Shown piece by piece: positions 1-12,310 of a stretch of DNA of 64,000 nt. Every line of letters begins with the position of its first letter. Positions within the stretch are counted from its first letter, which is position 1. The DNA lies in NCBI GenBank assembly GCA_951406725.2, contig OX597824.1:85188001-85252000 (forward strand), given 5' to 3'. This DNA comes from Octopus vulgaris. Lineage: Eukaryota. A model generated the notes under the pieces. It saw only the letters and a program-made list of their open reading frames with translations, made no database searches and was not told where the DNA came from. A program made the translations under genes and the position numbers.

Positions 1-39
1 TAAACATGTTTTTCGGTCATTTTCTGATGAACAACACTG

Positions 40-170
40 CAGTTTCCGTCTACCCAAATTCAGTCCCAAGTCTGTAGTTGGCCTAGGGCTATAGTAGGAA
101 ACACTTGCCCAAGGTACCACGCAGTAGTTGATATGGTTGGGAAGTAAACCAGACAATCATTCTTGCACCT
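40..170 (-). mobile_element. SINE family B, 5' fragment
   Basis: Matches the head of the full copies at 38748 and 42790. Confidence 0.7.
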
Positions 171-202
171 AATATGTGTTTGTGTTTACATTTGTTTACA
201 TA

Positions 203-740
203 TGCTATATAGTTGATGTTGCATGCCCCTTTGACCCACAGATAGTTAAGAAGGAAGGCAAAAAGATAGATAAATTCTTATATACACAAGCTGACATATG
301 ACCAACGCTGAACCCCTTATTCGCAAAATCACCGAACCTGGAACTTAACTATGGTCTATCTATAGCACTTATTCAGCATTACCTGACACCTTTGGGTCTC
401 AATGACACCATTACCTCTTATAATCTAAATACAACTCTCTTAAGTACGAAATAACCCTGCTATGGAAAATGAAGAAGGTGAAGCTAGTGTCAATTATCGT
501 TGGGTCCTTGGGAATAGTATCAGAAGGCATCAAAAGGAATATAAAGGTAAATTGGAATGGAGTTTTCAGTAGAAATGTTACAAAAGGTTTGCCTCTTTGG
601 CACGACCAGAATAATCAGGAAAGTATTAGATAGCTGAAAAGAAGGGATAACATGGTACCGTAGGCTGCATGTAGCAAGCCCGCTACGCATGTAAGACCCT
701 AGGAGCTCCAACAAAACCTGTGATAAAGAGAAATAATATA
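203..740 (+). mobile_element. R4/Dong-like LINE 3' end (restriction-like endonuclease domain), decayed, with about 150 bp inserted
   Basis: Translates CYIVDVACPFDPQIVKKEGKKIDK, then after the insertion KYNSLKYEITLLWKMKKVKLVSIIVGSLGIVS and, after a frameshift, MLQKVCLFGTTRIIRKVLDS*. Confidence 0.8.
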
Positions 741-1099
741 CCAAATGTCAGAAATTACAGCAAATGTAACGGAAGAAGTAAAACCAAGTATGGCTTCGTG
801 AGCAAAAGCGTGTTTTCTGGCTGGTAACAGTGGATTAGAATGGCGTTGTTGCTACTTATGGTGGTCAGCGTATTGATGGTAGAGGTAGTGGTGGTAGTGG
901 TGACAGGTTCATGTGGGGGTGGGGTGGGGGTGGCAGAGGTGACAGTGTGAGTGAGGTGGTCGCAAAGGAAGATCTTGTTTGAAGAGTTGCTCCTTCTTGT
1001 CTGAATATTAATGACCAAGCACCACGAGGTTCGGCAGTAAAATTGTAATTAGAGACATTGGTGGCGGGAATAATCTTTAAATATGCCATGCAAATGTTT

Positions 1100-1116
1100 G
1101 ATATATATATATATGT

Positions 1117-1173
<57 letters not shown>

Positions 1174-1174
1174 C

Positions 1175-1205
<31 letters not shown>

Positions 1206-1583
1206 AATGTATGTATATATATTAGTCTTATGTGCGTCGTTTGTACGTCGGTATGTACTTGTATAAAATGTTCGATACACACGTTTCTCGAACACAGATA
1301 TACATATTTTTGATTTATGATGACGCGTGCGCGCACACACACACACGCACAAACACACACACTTACGTTACACTGATGCGTACACTGATATACACATGTA
1401 CACGCAGAAATACAAGAGAAGAGGTACGAGAAAAATGGAATAGAGTGAAACCGGATTCGAGATCTCTTTCTCTCTCTCTTCCTCTCGCTCTCTCTTTCTC
1501 TCTTCCTCTCGGTCTCTCTCTTTCTCTCTTTCTCTCGCTCTCTCTCTTTCTCTCATCCTCTCGCTCTTTCTCTCTCTCCCCCC

Positions 1584-1615
<32 letters not shown>

Positions 1616-1639
1616 GTTGTATGTATGTGTGTATATATA

Positions 1640-1691
<52 letters not shown>

Positions 1692-1850
1692 CATATATAT
1701 ATAAATATAGACATAACATAGATATAAATATTGATATAACGTATGTATATGCATGTGTGTGTGTGTTTGTGTGTGTGTGTGAGAGAGAGAGCGTAGGAGG
1801 AGTAGAGTAGGAGTGAAAGAAGGAGAGAGAGGGTTGAGAGAAAGTCAGAG

Positions 1851-1890
<40 letters not shown>
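1100..1890. repeat. Compound microsatellites (TA)n, (GT)n, (CT)n, (GA)n
   Basis: Directly visible. Confidence 0.95.
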
Positions 1891-1897
<7 letters not shown>

Positions 1898-2475
1898 ACG
1901 AGAGGCGGAGAGTGAGGGGAGAGACAGGGAGAGAGAATACAAGCGGGTGGGTGGATTGTTTCGTAAAATCGCATAACAGATCGTATATCAGATGGAGTAG
2001 AGATTAAACTTTATGACAACCAAACAAAACCTCTTTTAACAGCCAAGATTTTCAATGAAACAATTGCAATAACGGTCTCAACTCAGGCAACAATGACTTA
2101 ACGACGGAGCCTAGTCTGTATATAGATGCTCGATCTGCTAGAGATAGCAGCCAATTATGCTCTACTATCAACAGGTAGTATTCCTCTGTCTAGTGGTTTG
2201 ACGAAAGAGGCTGCGAAGTGGATGAAGCTAAGAGAAATGAGGTAATATTAATCAGAGTCGTTGGAATTTTAGTCCCAGGTCAACCTTGATGGAGTAAATC
2301 TTTAATGAAAGGCATTCTAGCCATGAACTCAATCTTTCAGCTGATAATATTCTCACTAAATCTTTACTGCCCCTACTACTTACTATAATTAACATTAGTC
2401 TCCTTTTATCTTTCAAGACGTTAAAGGGTGCGATTTAAGAGATATTTGTCTATTATTTCTAGCAAGTCGAGCGAT

Positions 2476-2843
2476 CACTCCGTCGGTTTCGACGACGAGG
2501 GTTCCAGTTGATCTGATCAACGGAACAGCCTGCTCGTGAAATTAACGTGCAAGTGGCTGAGCACTCCACAGACACGTGTTCTCGGGGGTGATTCAGTGTG
2601 ATACACAGAGTGTGACAAGGCTGGTCCTTTGAAATACAGGTACAACAGAAACAGGAAGATAGAGTGAGAGAAAGTTGTGGTGATAGAGTACAGCAGGGTT
2701 CGCCACCACACCCTACCGGAGCTTCGTGGAGCTTTTAGGTGTTTTCGCTCAATAAACATTCACAATTCCCGGTCTAGGAATCGAAACCGCGATCCAACGA
2801 CCGCGAGTCCGCTGCCCTAACCACTAGGCCATTGCGCCTCCAC
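2476..2843 (-). mobile_element. tRNA-derived SINE family A, full length
   Basis: tRNA-like head GGCGCAATGGCCTAGTGGTTAGGGCAGCGGACTCGCGG with A and B boxes; near-identical copies at 39885 and 57838. Confidence 0.9.
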
Positions 2844-4134
2844 TGATCCAGACTAGCGTGTACAGATGGGTCTGGCGCATGGTATTTCTCTTGTTGTTGT
2901 TGTATGACTCTCAAGTTAAGCACGCATACGATAAAAAGCAATCCAGCATCGACCGTCCCATCTTTTTCAGGCATATCATTATCTAGAACTACAACTTACT
3001 AAATCACAACCTGCTGTCTTAAAAGACCGTAGGGTGTGATTTCAGTGAGGTTTGACTTCTATTTCTAGCTGTTGAGGAACCAGGCAAATGCTTTTGTTTT
3101 CGCTGGTGGTAGAAGTGGTGATGGTAACGGTAGTGATGGCATTGTGGTAGAATTACTTGTATGGGTAGCTGTTGCTCTTTAGCCCTAGGTTAGTTCTAAT
3201 GAAGCACACCGATGACCAATGACATTCTAGTCATGACCATCCCCACATTTTTTATAATTAAGATGTTCTGTTTTTAGGCTGTAGGAATGTGGTCTTAGGT
3301 AATTTGATTGTTATTTCTAGCTTATAGAGTGACGACTTTGGGGCCTTCTTGTTCATTCTTTTTAAAGATCGTACAGTGGGATTTGAGAGAGATCTGTTAG
3401 TTATTTCCAGCATTTTGAACGACCACGTAAAAGTTCCTTCGTTTGTTGTTGTTGTTGGTGAACAATTATAGTGGCAATAGGAATGTTTGATGATGGTGAT
3501 GATGATCGTGATGGTGATTTTGGTAGTAGCGATGATAATGGTGATGATGATGGTAGTGATGAAGATGGAGATGGTGATGATGGTAGTGATGACGTGATAT
3601 TGTTTGTGATAGTGGCAAAGGTGGGTTGTAGGTGGTTTTGTAAGATAGAAACTTGATTTACGACCGAGCCACTCAAATTTCATATCGGTTTGAAAACACG
3701 AAAATAATTACAGTTCTCACAAGAAGATGTGGATAAGAACGATGATGATGATGATGATGATGATGATGTTGATGATAATGTTGAAGAAGAATTACAATGA
3801 CAACGATGACGACGACGACTTCGGTGATGAGGATAATAATAACGATGGCAACGAGCTTGATGTAGATGTTGTCTATGATGACTATGATGATTTCTTATAT
3901 AGGATGAAACTCCAATTTATGTGGAAAAGAAGAAAAACTGTAGTTGTTATAATCGTGAGTTGATGGCTGTATTATTACCTTAGTGATATGATGGTGGCAG
4001 CGGCCGTAAATCGTGTGGTGTGATTTCAGATGTGTAGTCGTTGTAGTTCTTCAGTTCTTCTTTAGTAACATTACTAAATCCTTTAAGAAAACTAACCCTA
4101 GCTCATACAATGATATTTATATTAAAACAAAAGA

Positions 4135-4345
4135 AAGCCGCAAGCTGGCAGAATCGTTAGCATGCCGGGCAAAATGCTTAGCGGTATCTCGTCCGTTTTT
4201 ACGTTCTGAGTTCAAACTCAGCCGAGATCGACTTTGCCTTTCATCCTTTCGGGGCTGAAGAAAGAAGTATCAGTTGAGTACTGGCGTCGGAGCAATCGAC
4301 TTCCCCTTTCCCTGAAAATGCTGGCCTTGTGCTAAAATTTGAAAT
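4135..4345 (+). mobile_element. SINE family C (Meta-domain-like core), diverged, tail type 2
   Basis: Head AGCTGGCAGAATCGTTAGC and core GCCTTTCATCCTTTCGGGG. Confidence 0.8.
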
Positions 4346-4424
4346 CAATATTGAAGCCAAAGAATTAAAATAGATGTTAGGGTAGAATGTCTAGCTTGAG
4401 TCGTAGGGGCTGTCTTAGTTCGTA

Positions 4425-4885
4425 GTGGTTGTATAAGAGTCGTGGTAATTGTATTGAAGTCGTGGTAATTGTATTGGAGTCGTGGTAATTGTATTGAAGT
4501 CGTGGTAATTGTATTGGAGTCGTGGTAGTTGTATTGGAGTCGTGGTAATTGTATTGGAGTCGTGGTAATTGTATTGGAGTCGTGGTAATTGTATCGAAAT
4601 AGTGGTAGTCGTATTGGAGTCGTGGTAATTGTATCGAAGTAGTGGTAGTCGTATTGGAGTCGTGGTGGTTGTATCGAAGTAGTGGTAGTCGTATTGGAGT
4701 CGTGGTGGTTGTATTGGAGTCGTGGTAATTGTATTGGAGTCGTGGTAATTGTATTGGAGTCGTGGTAATTGTATCGAAGTAGTGGTAGGTGTATTGGAGT
4801 CGTGGTAATTATATTGGAGTCGTGGTAATTGTATCGAAGTAGTGGTAGTCGTATTGGAGTCGTGGTAATTGTATTGAAGTCGTGG
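4425..4885 (+). repeat. Minisatellite, 20-bp unit GTATTGGAGTCGTGGTAATT, about 23 copies
   Basis: Exact 20-nt periodicity with the variant unit GTATCGAAGTAGTGGTAGTC interspersed. Confidence 0.95.
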
Positions 4886-5559
4886 TTGTGGTTGTAATTG
4901 TATAGCAACAGCTACTATTACTGTTGATGCAGTGCGTTACACGACTTTCATGGAACTATTTCCTCTCTGTCGCATTTGATAGTAGACCAAGCTGCACGTA
5001 GTCGTCAAGCAGTTTTGCGGTTTATAGAGGAATGATCAACTCTCCTCAGGCTAGAGAGAAAGATCGATATGCTACTGCATTTGAGAAAATAATGGCATTA
5101 ATGAATATTTGTAATTGTTTGATTAACAATCATTAACGCTCATTAAAAAGCCCCACTTGTAATAAGCTCGAACAAAGAGAAGCTTTTGTAGAAGTGAGAC
5201 TCTATAACGATTTATAGATCCGACTAACAGGACTATCTTCAGCCATGAAAGGAATACAATTAAAGGAAACCATGAATCTGTCCTTACTCAGTGCTTCCTG
5301 AACAATGACAAGATATAACAACATCTAGAGCTATGGAAAGAAACATTTCAGTTAATCGAGACATTTTCAAGACTACTTCCTTGATAATTTAGCAAAGACA
5401 ACAAATTACATATTTATTTACATATCTCTATCTATATTTTTTAATAATATATTATTATCATTAATATCAGGAAATGAATATTAGAAAATTCTTCAGAAAG
5501 ATATATACGTGTGTAAAATAATTGTTGTATTAAGAATATAAATATGTATAAAAATATAA

Positions 5560-5877
5560 ATTTCTTTACTACCCACGAACAAGGACAGACGAATGGATTA
5601 AGTCGATTACATTGATCCCAGTGCGTAACAGGTACTTAATTTATCGACCCCGAAAGGATGAAAGGCACTCAGCTGTAGAAATGAGTTGTGGCATCACTGA
5701 TGCCAAGCTGTATCGACCTTTGCTTTTCCTTTGGATAGCACTGGTGGCGTGGAGAGGAGAGGCCGGTATGCATGGGCGACTGCTGGTCTTTCATAAACAA
5801 CCTTGCCCGGACTTGTGTCTGGGAGGGTACACTTCCTAGGTGCAATCCCATGGTCAGTCATGACCGAAGGGGGTCTT
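5560..5877. mobile_element. SINE C fragment (minus) fused to a SINE D 3' part (plus)
   Basis: 5560-5666 is the reverse complement of the family C tail and core; 5666-5877 matches 52953-53162. Confidence 0.8.
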
Positions 5878-6850
5878 AGCATATGTGTGCGTGCTTGTAT
5901 GTGTTTAATGGTAAGCGAGATTAGAGATTTCCTAGAGCCATCTTCGTATTAAGATGATTGTACCAGTAAGTACAGTCAACTCAATCTCAACATGCTGTCT
6001 ATGAAATCTTCAGCTGTCGGGAATCAATTTAAAAATAAGAATGTGGGAGCCATAACTAAAGTTTTTAGGTGCATAGTTGAAACAATCTAGGTCACAGTGA
6101 GATTCGTCATCACACACCACGAAGGAGGCCTTCGATCGATGAATTGATAGATCGGTAGAGGTCATAGGTTGAAAACTTTGCTAAGAGGTTCTCAAACCAG
6201 TTACATTTAAATGATTTGTTAATGTAAAGGGTCACCATATTACTTTCAGTGAAATTCTCAAAGGTGTGAGATCACCGATGTGTGATTTATGAGAAGAATT
6301 CCTCATCAGGTCCGAATTCAGGACTGGTCATTGAAAAGGACACAGACCGATGTAAATACTAAAAACGAAAATACTAAAAACAGAAGTACTCCTAGACACT
6401 GGGTATGTAAATTTTGATGCCACACCCAGTTGCAAATTCAGACTCCAACCAAAGCATACCTAATTACTTTCAACTAACCAGACTCATCTATAATATCTTT
6501 GAATATTACTACAATACTTTCCTAAGAACACTATCCGTTTCACTGATACACAACCCCCCACCACACACACACGAAGAAAAATCCCGGGACACTGCATCGG
6601 TTATTCACGAAAACTAAATGAAGTAACTCAATACTGAACTAGAAAAGCACTCGGAGAGAGCAGACCTCCGCCAAGCAGCCCATTTCCACCCATATACACG
6701 CATGCTGAAAATCGCCCAATTTCCCAAACCAACGCCGGTAAAAACATAACCTCCTCCCATACTTATCTCGACCATCGTCATCATCAACACTGTCTCTGCT
6801 TTCACCACAATCCCCGTCAAAACTACAATCACCACAATCAGTTTCTTTAC

Positions 6851-7125
6851 ACACTTGAAAATCCATTATCCGATACTCATGGGACCGGGATTGTTGCAGA
6901 TTTTTGATTTTTCTAATTTCGGAGTGCTTTATTAGGAAAAAAATATTGCATCTACAAAACGGAACAGTTTGAAGATAGAAACCAGGTCTAAACGCAATAG
7001 CTTATGGACATACTCTGAATGTACTTCTATATAAATCTTTATTAATTTTTTTTATTCTTAAGACCATCAGAAATGTTGAGATATCAGCCTCTACCCACGT
7101 TGTCATACTTTGATTAAAAGGTTAC
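6851..7125 (+). mobile_element. pogo/Tigger-like non-autonomous DNA transposon remnant
   Basis: CACTTGAAAATCCATTATCCGATACTCATGGGACCGGGATTGTTGCAGATTTTTGATTTTT and later blocks resemble my recollection of the Tigger4/MER46 consensus. Confidence 0.5.
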
Positions 7126-7209
7126 ATCATAGATTAAATTACTTAGATAAGTTTCAGCCGAAGTTGACTCATGTCTAATTAAATAGCACCACAGTCAGCT
7201 CTGGGGAAC

Positions 7210-7565
7210 CGTAGCCCATTCAAGCAGAGGGTTATTGTTTACAGAGACATATCTGGGTGTGGGTGGTTTATCTGGTATTTGTTGGGGTTAATCATCTAAG
7301 GATCGTTTGAATGTCGTGAAGTCACTTTCCTCCTTTATGTGTGTCTGGCACGATGTTGAAGAGAGCAGGGCTAATTGAGGTGAAATAGTTCTGTCATAGT
7401 GTTGTGATACGACACGAACATTTCTGTAGTGGACGGATGGCACAGGTGCCAAGCCTCGGACGAATTTTAAAGATGGGCAATGCTGATGGAATATTTTCCA
7501 CATCATACAGATGATATAGAGTTCATAGCGGCGGTGGAGGGAGAAAAGCCTGAGCTTTTTGAGAA
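7210..7565 (-). mobile_element. CR1/L2/Jockey-group LINE 3' end, decayed
   Basis: Translates LKKLRLFSLHRRYELYIICMMWKI, typical of the post-RT C-terminus (RLKxLxLYSLQRRR). Confidence 0.65.
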
Positions 7566-7574
7566 CTGGCACAA

Positions 7575-7770
7575 TCATTAGCGCGCCGGGCTAATTGCTT
7601 AGCGGCATTTTGTCCGTCTTTACGTTTCGTGTTCAAACTCTGCCAAAGTCGAATTTGCTTTTCATCCTTTCCGGGTCGATAAAATAAATAACAGTTGAGT
7701 CCTGGGGTCGATGTAATCGACTAACTCTTTCCTCGAAAATGCTGACATTGCGCCAAAATTTGGAACCTAT
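7575..7770 (+). mobile_element. SINE family C, diverged
   Basis: Core TTTCATCCTTTCCGGGTCGATAAAATAA. Confidence 0.75.
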
Positions 7771-8592
7771 ATTAAAAGCTTTAACTGCATATAGCTATAA
7801 AGTAAATATTTCTATTTCGTTCGTTTGAAGAAATAAGTATCTAAGAAGCTGCTAAAATGCACAAATGCTAAAATACATAAGTGTCTTTATATCTCACATA
7901 AGTTTGCTCTTGATGAGGGAAAAGCTGTGGAGAGAATCGTAAGCGGGGAAACAAACAACACATCTGTCGTTATCTGGACGACTGCGATAACCACTACATC
8001 AAAGAGACCTGACAATTGCTGATCGTATCTCAACAATTTTAACTGAAGGAACCACAATGTAAATATTACTTAGCTCGCTTGAAAAAACTGAGAAGCACTG
8101 CTGATGCTACCAGAGAATGCCAAGGTTCTTTTAACCCACACTATATATAGCAAGCTCTCCCCCACGCCCTTTCTCACCAATTTTTTGAGGAATAATATCT
8201 CGTAAATATAACGAAACTATTTCATAGCACCAGAACATTTTTCACAGAAAGCTCAATGAGAATACGCGCACACATACACACATACACACATGCACACATA
8301 CACACATGCACACATACACACATGCACACATGCACACATACATCGAGGTCTGATAAAGTAAAAGAGGAATTGCATATTGCTATGGTTTACTCTCTTAGAA
8401 GAGGGAAAATCTCAAGAGTATTCGAAATGAAATACTGACGGCTTAGACTAGTTTGAAAGCGTTGTAATGTATTGGGAGAAAGCGGAAAGAATGGAGAAAA
8501 AGTGAGACTTTAAAGAGGGTGGGAGAGAGAAGCGTTCTACCCGGGCCGACCTTTTGTTTTTCCATTACTCTCCCATTCTTGCTTTTGATTTT

Positions 8593-8594
<2 letters not shown>

Positions 8595-8647
<53 letters not shown>

Positions 8648-8778
8648 AACACACACACAGACACACACACACAAAAAAATCACACATACAAACACACACA
8701 TACACAGACACACACACAAACAAACGCACACAAATACACGCACACACAAACACACACACACACAAACAAACACACACA

Positions 8779-8865
<87 letters not shown>

Positions 8866-9150
8866 TTCTACTGAAAATCTTATTGGGTCATATTATGCGC
8901 ACATTAATGTAAGCGATAATACACTGCGATGTATGTTTGCGTGTGAGTTTATGTGTATGTTTGTGTATGTGTGTGTGTGTGTGTGTGCGTATGTGTGTGC
9001 ATACGCGCCCGTGTACTGTGCGTATATGTTTCTGTGTGTCTAAATGCGCGCGCGTATTTCTCTGTGTGTGTGTGTGTATGTACGTACGTGCGTGTGTGTA
9101 TGTGTATGTGTGTGCGTGTGCGTGTGTGTTTCTGTAAAGTGCGCGCACGC
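8595..9150. repeat. (CA)n and (TG)n-rich arrays
   Basis: Directly visible. Confidence 0.95.
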
Positions 9151-9167
9151 AAATGTATGCATACTCT

Positions 9168-9371
9168 CTCTTTACTTGTTTGTCATTTTACTGTGGTCAT
9201 GCTAGAGCACCGCTTTTAGTCGAGCAAATCGACCCCAGGACTTATTCTTTGGATGCCTAGTACTTATTTTATAGGTCACCTTTGCCGAACCGCTAAGTTA
9301 CGGGGACGCAAACACACCATCATCGGTTGTCAAGCGATGTTGGGGGGCGGGGACAACCACAGACACACAAT

Positions 9372-9375
<4 letters not shown>
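9168..9375 (-). mobile_element. SINE family B, 3' half
   Basis: Matches 23510-23720. Confidence 0.8.
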
Positions 9376-9422
<47 letters not shown>

Positions 9423-9774
9423 TATTCGTAAACAAGAATATTATTGACAGTTGCTTCGAAGTTTCAGCCAGCTAACCAACCCATCGTCCGGCGATGGGTT
9501 AGCTTCAGATTAACGTAATCCTTTGGATTAATGTAACTGAATGTATATATATGTGTGTGTGTGTGTGTTGCCGTATCACATGTGTACTTTGGTTGTGATT
9601 AGATAGAGATTTGGAGGCTATTTCTGACACATGCAGAGGGACCGCGTTGTAAGAGGGTAAAAATAAGTATTTGATATCTTCTTGTTTGACCTACTTTCAT
9701 ACTGTATCATTATAGTGTCTATTGAAATATAATTTGCAGTTTATGTTTGCCAGATATCAACTCCATGATTACAC

Positions 9775-9834
<60 letters not shown>

Positions 9835-10061
9835 TACGTGTGTGTATGTGTGTGTGTGTGTGTATATATTCACACACGCACACACACACACAAACACACA
9901 CACACACACGCATAATTATACAGGCTCACAGTTTTCAAATCCTCGTATTTTAATAAATATTATGAACTCAGAGTCAATATTTTGCCTATCACTAGTCTTT
10001 GCTTTGTTACAGATTGTGATACACTGTGCAAGAGTTATGAGATCATTGCGACGAAATATTC

Positions 10062-10332
10062 TTTTCTATTCTAGGCACAAGGCCCGAAATTTTTGGGAGA
10101 GGGGACCATTCGATTAGATTGACCCCAGAACGCATCTGGTACTTAATTAATCGCCCCCGAAAGGATGAAAGGCAAAGTCGACCAGACGAAATATCTATTT
10201 CTTTACTACTCACAAGGGGCTAAACACTGAGAGGACAAACAAGGACAGACACACGGATTAAGTCGATTATATCGACCCCAGTGCGTAACTGGTACTTATT
10301 TAATCGACCCCGAAAGGATGAAAGGCAAAGTC
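10062..10332 (-). mobile_element. Nested SINE family C fragments (tail 2 plus tail 1)
   Basis: Two cores CGAAAGGATGAAAGGCAAAGTC in tandem with different tails. Confidence 0.8.
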
Positions 10333-10334
10333 AG

Positions 10335-10700
10335 GGTTACTGCTTTCAAACTTTTTAATGTTACACCTGCCAAGAAAAGTTTGAACCAAAATGCAGTGAT
10401 CCTGTTCGGAGCCATTGGCAGTGACAAACATGTGATACCACCTCATTTTATCGAAGCTGGTCGTAACATCATCACAGTTGGGTTATTAAACATTATGATA
10501 GAATAACTTTACGTCCGTCCTAAGGTCTGCACCAACACATGACGTGTAGAGGGTATTTGTTGGTGAAATGTCCATTATTTGCCTACAAGGAATTCTAACT
10601 TCTAACTTACCAGATCTGATTCCAGGTGGCTTTTGGATATCGGTGTCATTGAGGATAAGTCCAAACACCATTGTGCATTAATCTAACACTGTAATCGATA
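10335..10700 (+). pseudogene. Tc1/mariner-superfamily transposase remnant
   Basis: AVILFGAIGSDKHVIPPHFIEAG followed by a degenerate SNLPDLIPGGFW segment (SPDLNPxDF-like). Confidence 0.65.
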
Positions 10701-10717
10701 TTGTTCTTGTGAATGTA

Positions 10718-11162
10718 CAGGCGTGGCTCTATGGCAAGAAGTCTGCTCCCCAGCCACATTGGTGACAGTTTGGAGAGTATCTTATACTGTAGCCCCTGGC
10801 CAACCAAAGACTTGTGAGTGGATTTGGTAGACGGAAACTGAAAGAATCCCGTCGTATATATATATATATATCACTGTGATCACCGTGACCGACCAGGCTA
10901 TCAGATGTTGCTACACATCGCTGGTTACAATGTGTTCGCATTGATTTAGCCTTCAATGACACCACCCCGCTGGCCTACAGAATAAAGGGTGAGAGAAAGT
11001 TGTAGTGAAAGAGTACAGCAGGGATCACCCCCCCCCTGCCGGACCCTCGTGGAGCTATAGGTGTTTTCACTCAATAAACACTCACAACGCCCGGTCTGGG
11101 AATCGAAACCGCGATCCTACGACCGCCAGTCCGCTGCCCTAAACACTGGGCCATTGCGCCTA
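10718..11162. mobile_element. SINE B head (plus) and SINE A 5' fragment (minus)
   Basis: Similarity to full copies within the window. Confidence 0.8.
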
Positions 11163-12310
11163 CACACACACACACACACATATATTTATTAATATCTATA
11201 TGTATGTATGTATGCATGTATGCATGTATGCATGTATGCATGTATGTATGTATGTATGTATGTATGTATGTATGCATGCATGTATGTATGTATGTATGTA
11301 TGTATGTATGTATGTATGTGTGTATGTATGTATGTATGTATGTGTGTGTGTGCGTGTCCGTGCGTGCATATATACACATATAATTAATAAACTGGATATT
11401 ACACATTTCAATTGCGACTTGACGTTTTGCCATGTGATGCGAAAGTTCAAGTTGTAATGCAATACGTAGCCATTAACAAAAATATGTATTGTACGGTGCA
11501 AACAAGTATTCAGCTGGCTTCAAATTAATACACGCACGCCACATAGGCATATTTGTGCGAGTGTGTGTGTGAGACTCTGTGAGTGTGTGTGTGCGTGTGT
11601 GTGTGTGTGTGTATGTACGTGCGTGTGTGTGTATATGTATATGTGTCTCTACAGAATAAAATGTGCATGTATGTGTATGTTTATATATACATCTGTTTCT
11701 CTCTATATACGCACACACACATACATACGCACACACACATACATACGCACACACACATACATACGTACACACACATACATACGCGCGCACACACACACAC
11801 GCACAAATAATTCCGTGTTTGTATATTTGTACACATTTTTCTGTATCTTCACGTTTGATTACAAACGAATTTTTTCCCCGTTTCCTTTGCTGTGTTTTTT
11901 TTTCCACATCCATTTATTAAAAAGAAAAAAATAAGGTTTTTCTTTTTATATTTTGCTGTAATTTTATATAAGCATTTCCCCCCCCCCCCCACCACAAACC
12001 ACCACAAACCATGTTTCTCCAGCGTTTCAATGTCTCCGAAGACGTCCATCTTTAGAATTTTTGGATGTTCTGCTTCGTTTCTGTTGATTATTGTAAGGTG
12101 TGTTGGTTGTTGGTAGAAAACATTAACGGAATAGTTTTCAATGCCTACCCCTCCGTTATTTTCGTCTGTTGAGATGCTTGTACCAACTCTGAATAAAAGT
12201 CGGTTGTTTTCGTTGTTCCTTTTTTTATCTTGTTTGTAAATTCTATTCTACGTAAGAGAGATGCAGGTTTCAAATGTTCTATTTTTTTCTTATTATTAAA
12301 AGTTGCATTA

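Noticed and set aside
3258-3963. Thr/Ile- and Asp-rich ORFs
   Set aside because: Degenerate (GAT)n/(GGT)n low-complexity DNA.
4345-4908. CRISPR array or 187-aa repeat protein
   Set aside because: Contiguous tandem units with no unique spacers and no cas genes, in a eukaryotic context.
7960-8050. GIY-YIG-like relic DCDNHYIKET
   Set aside because: Too short and degenerate to support a call.
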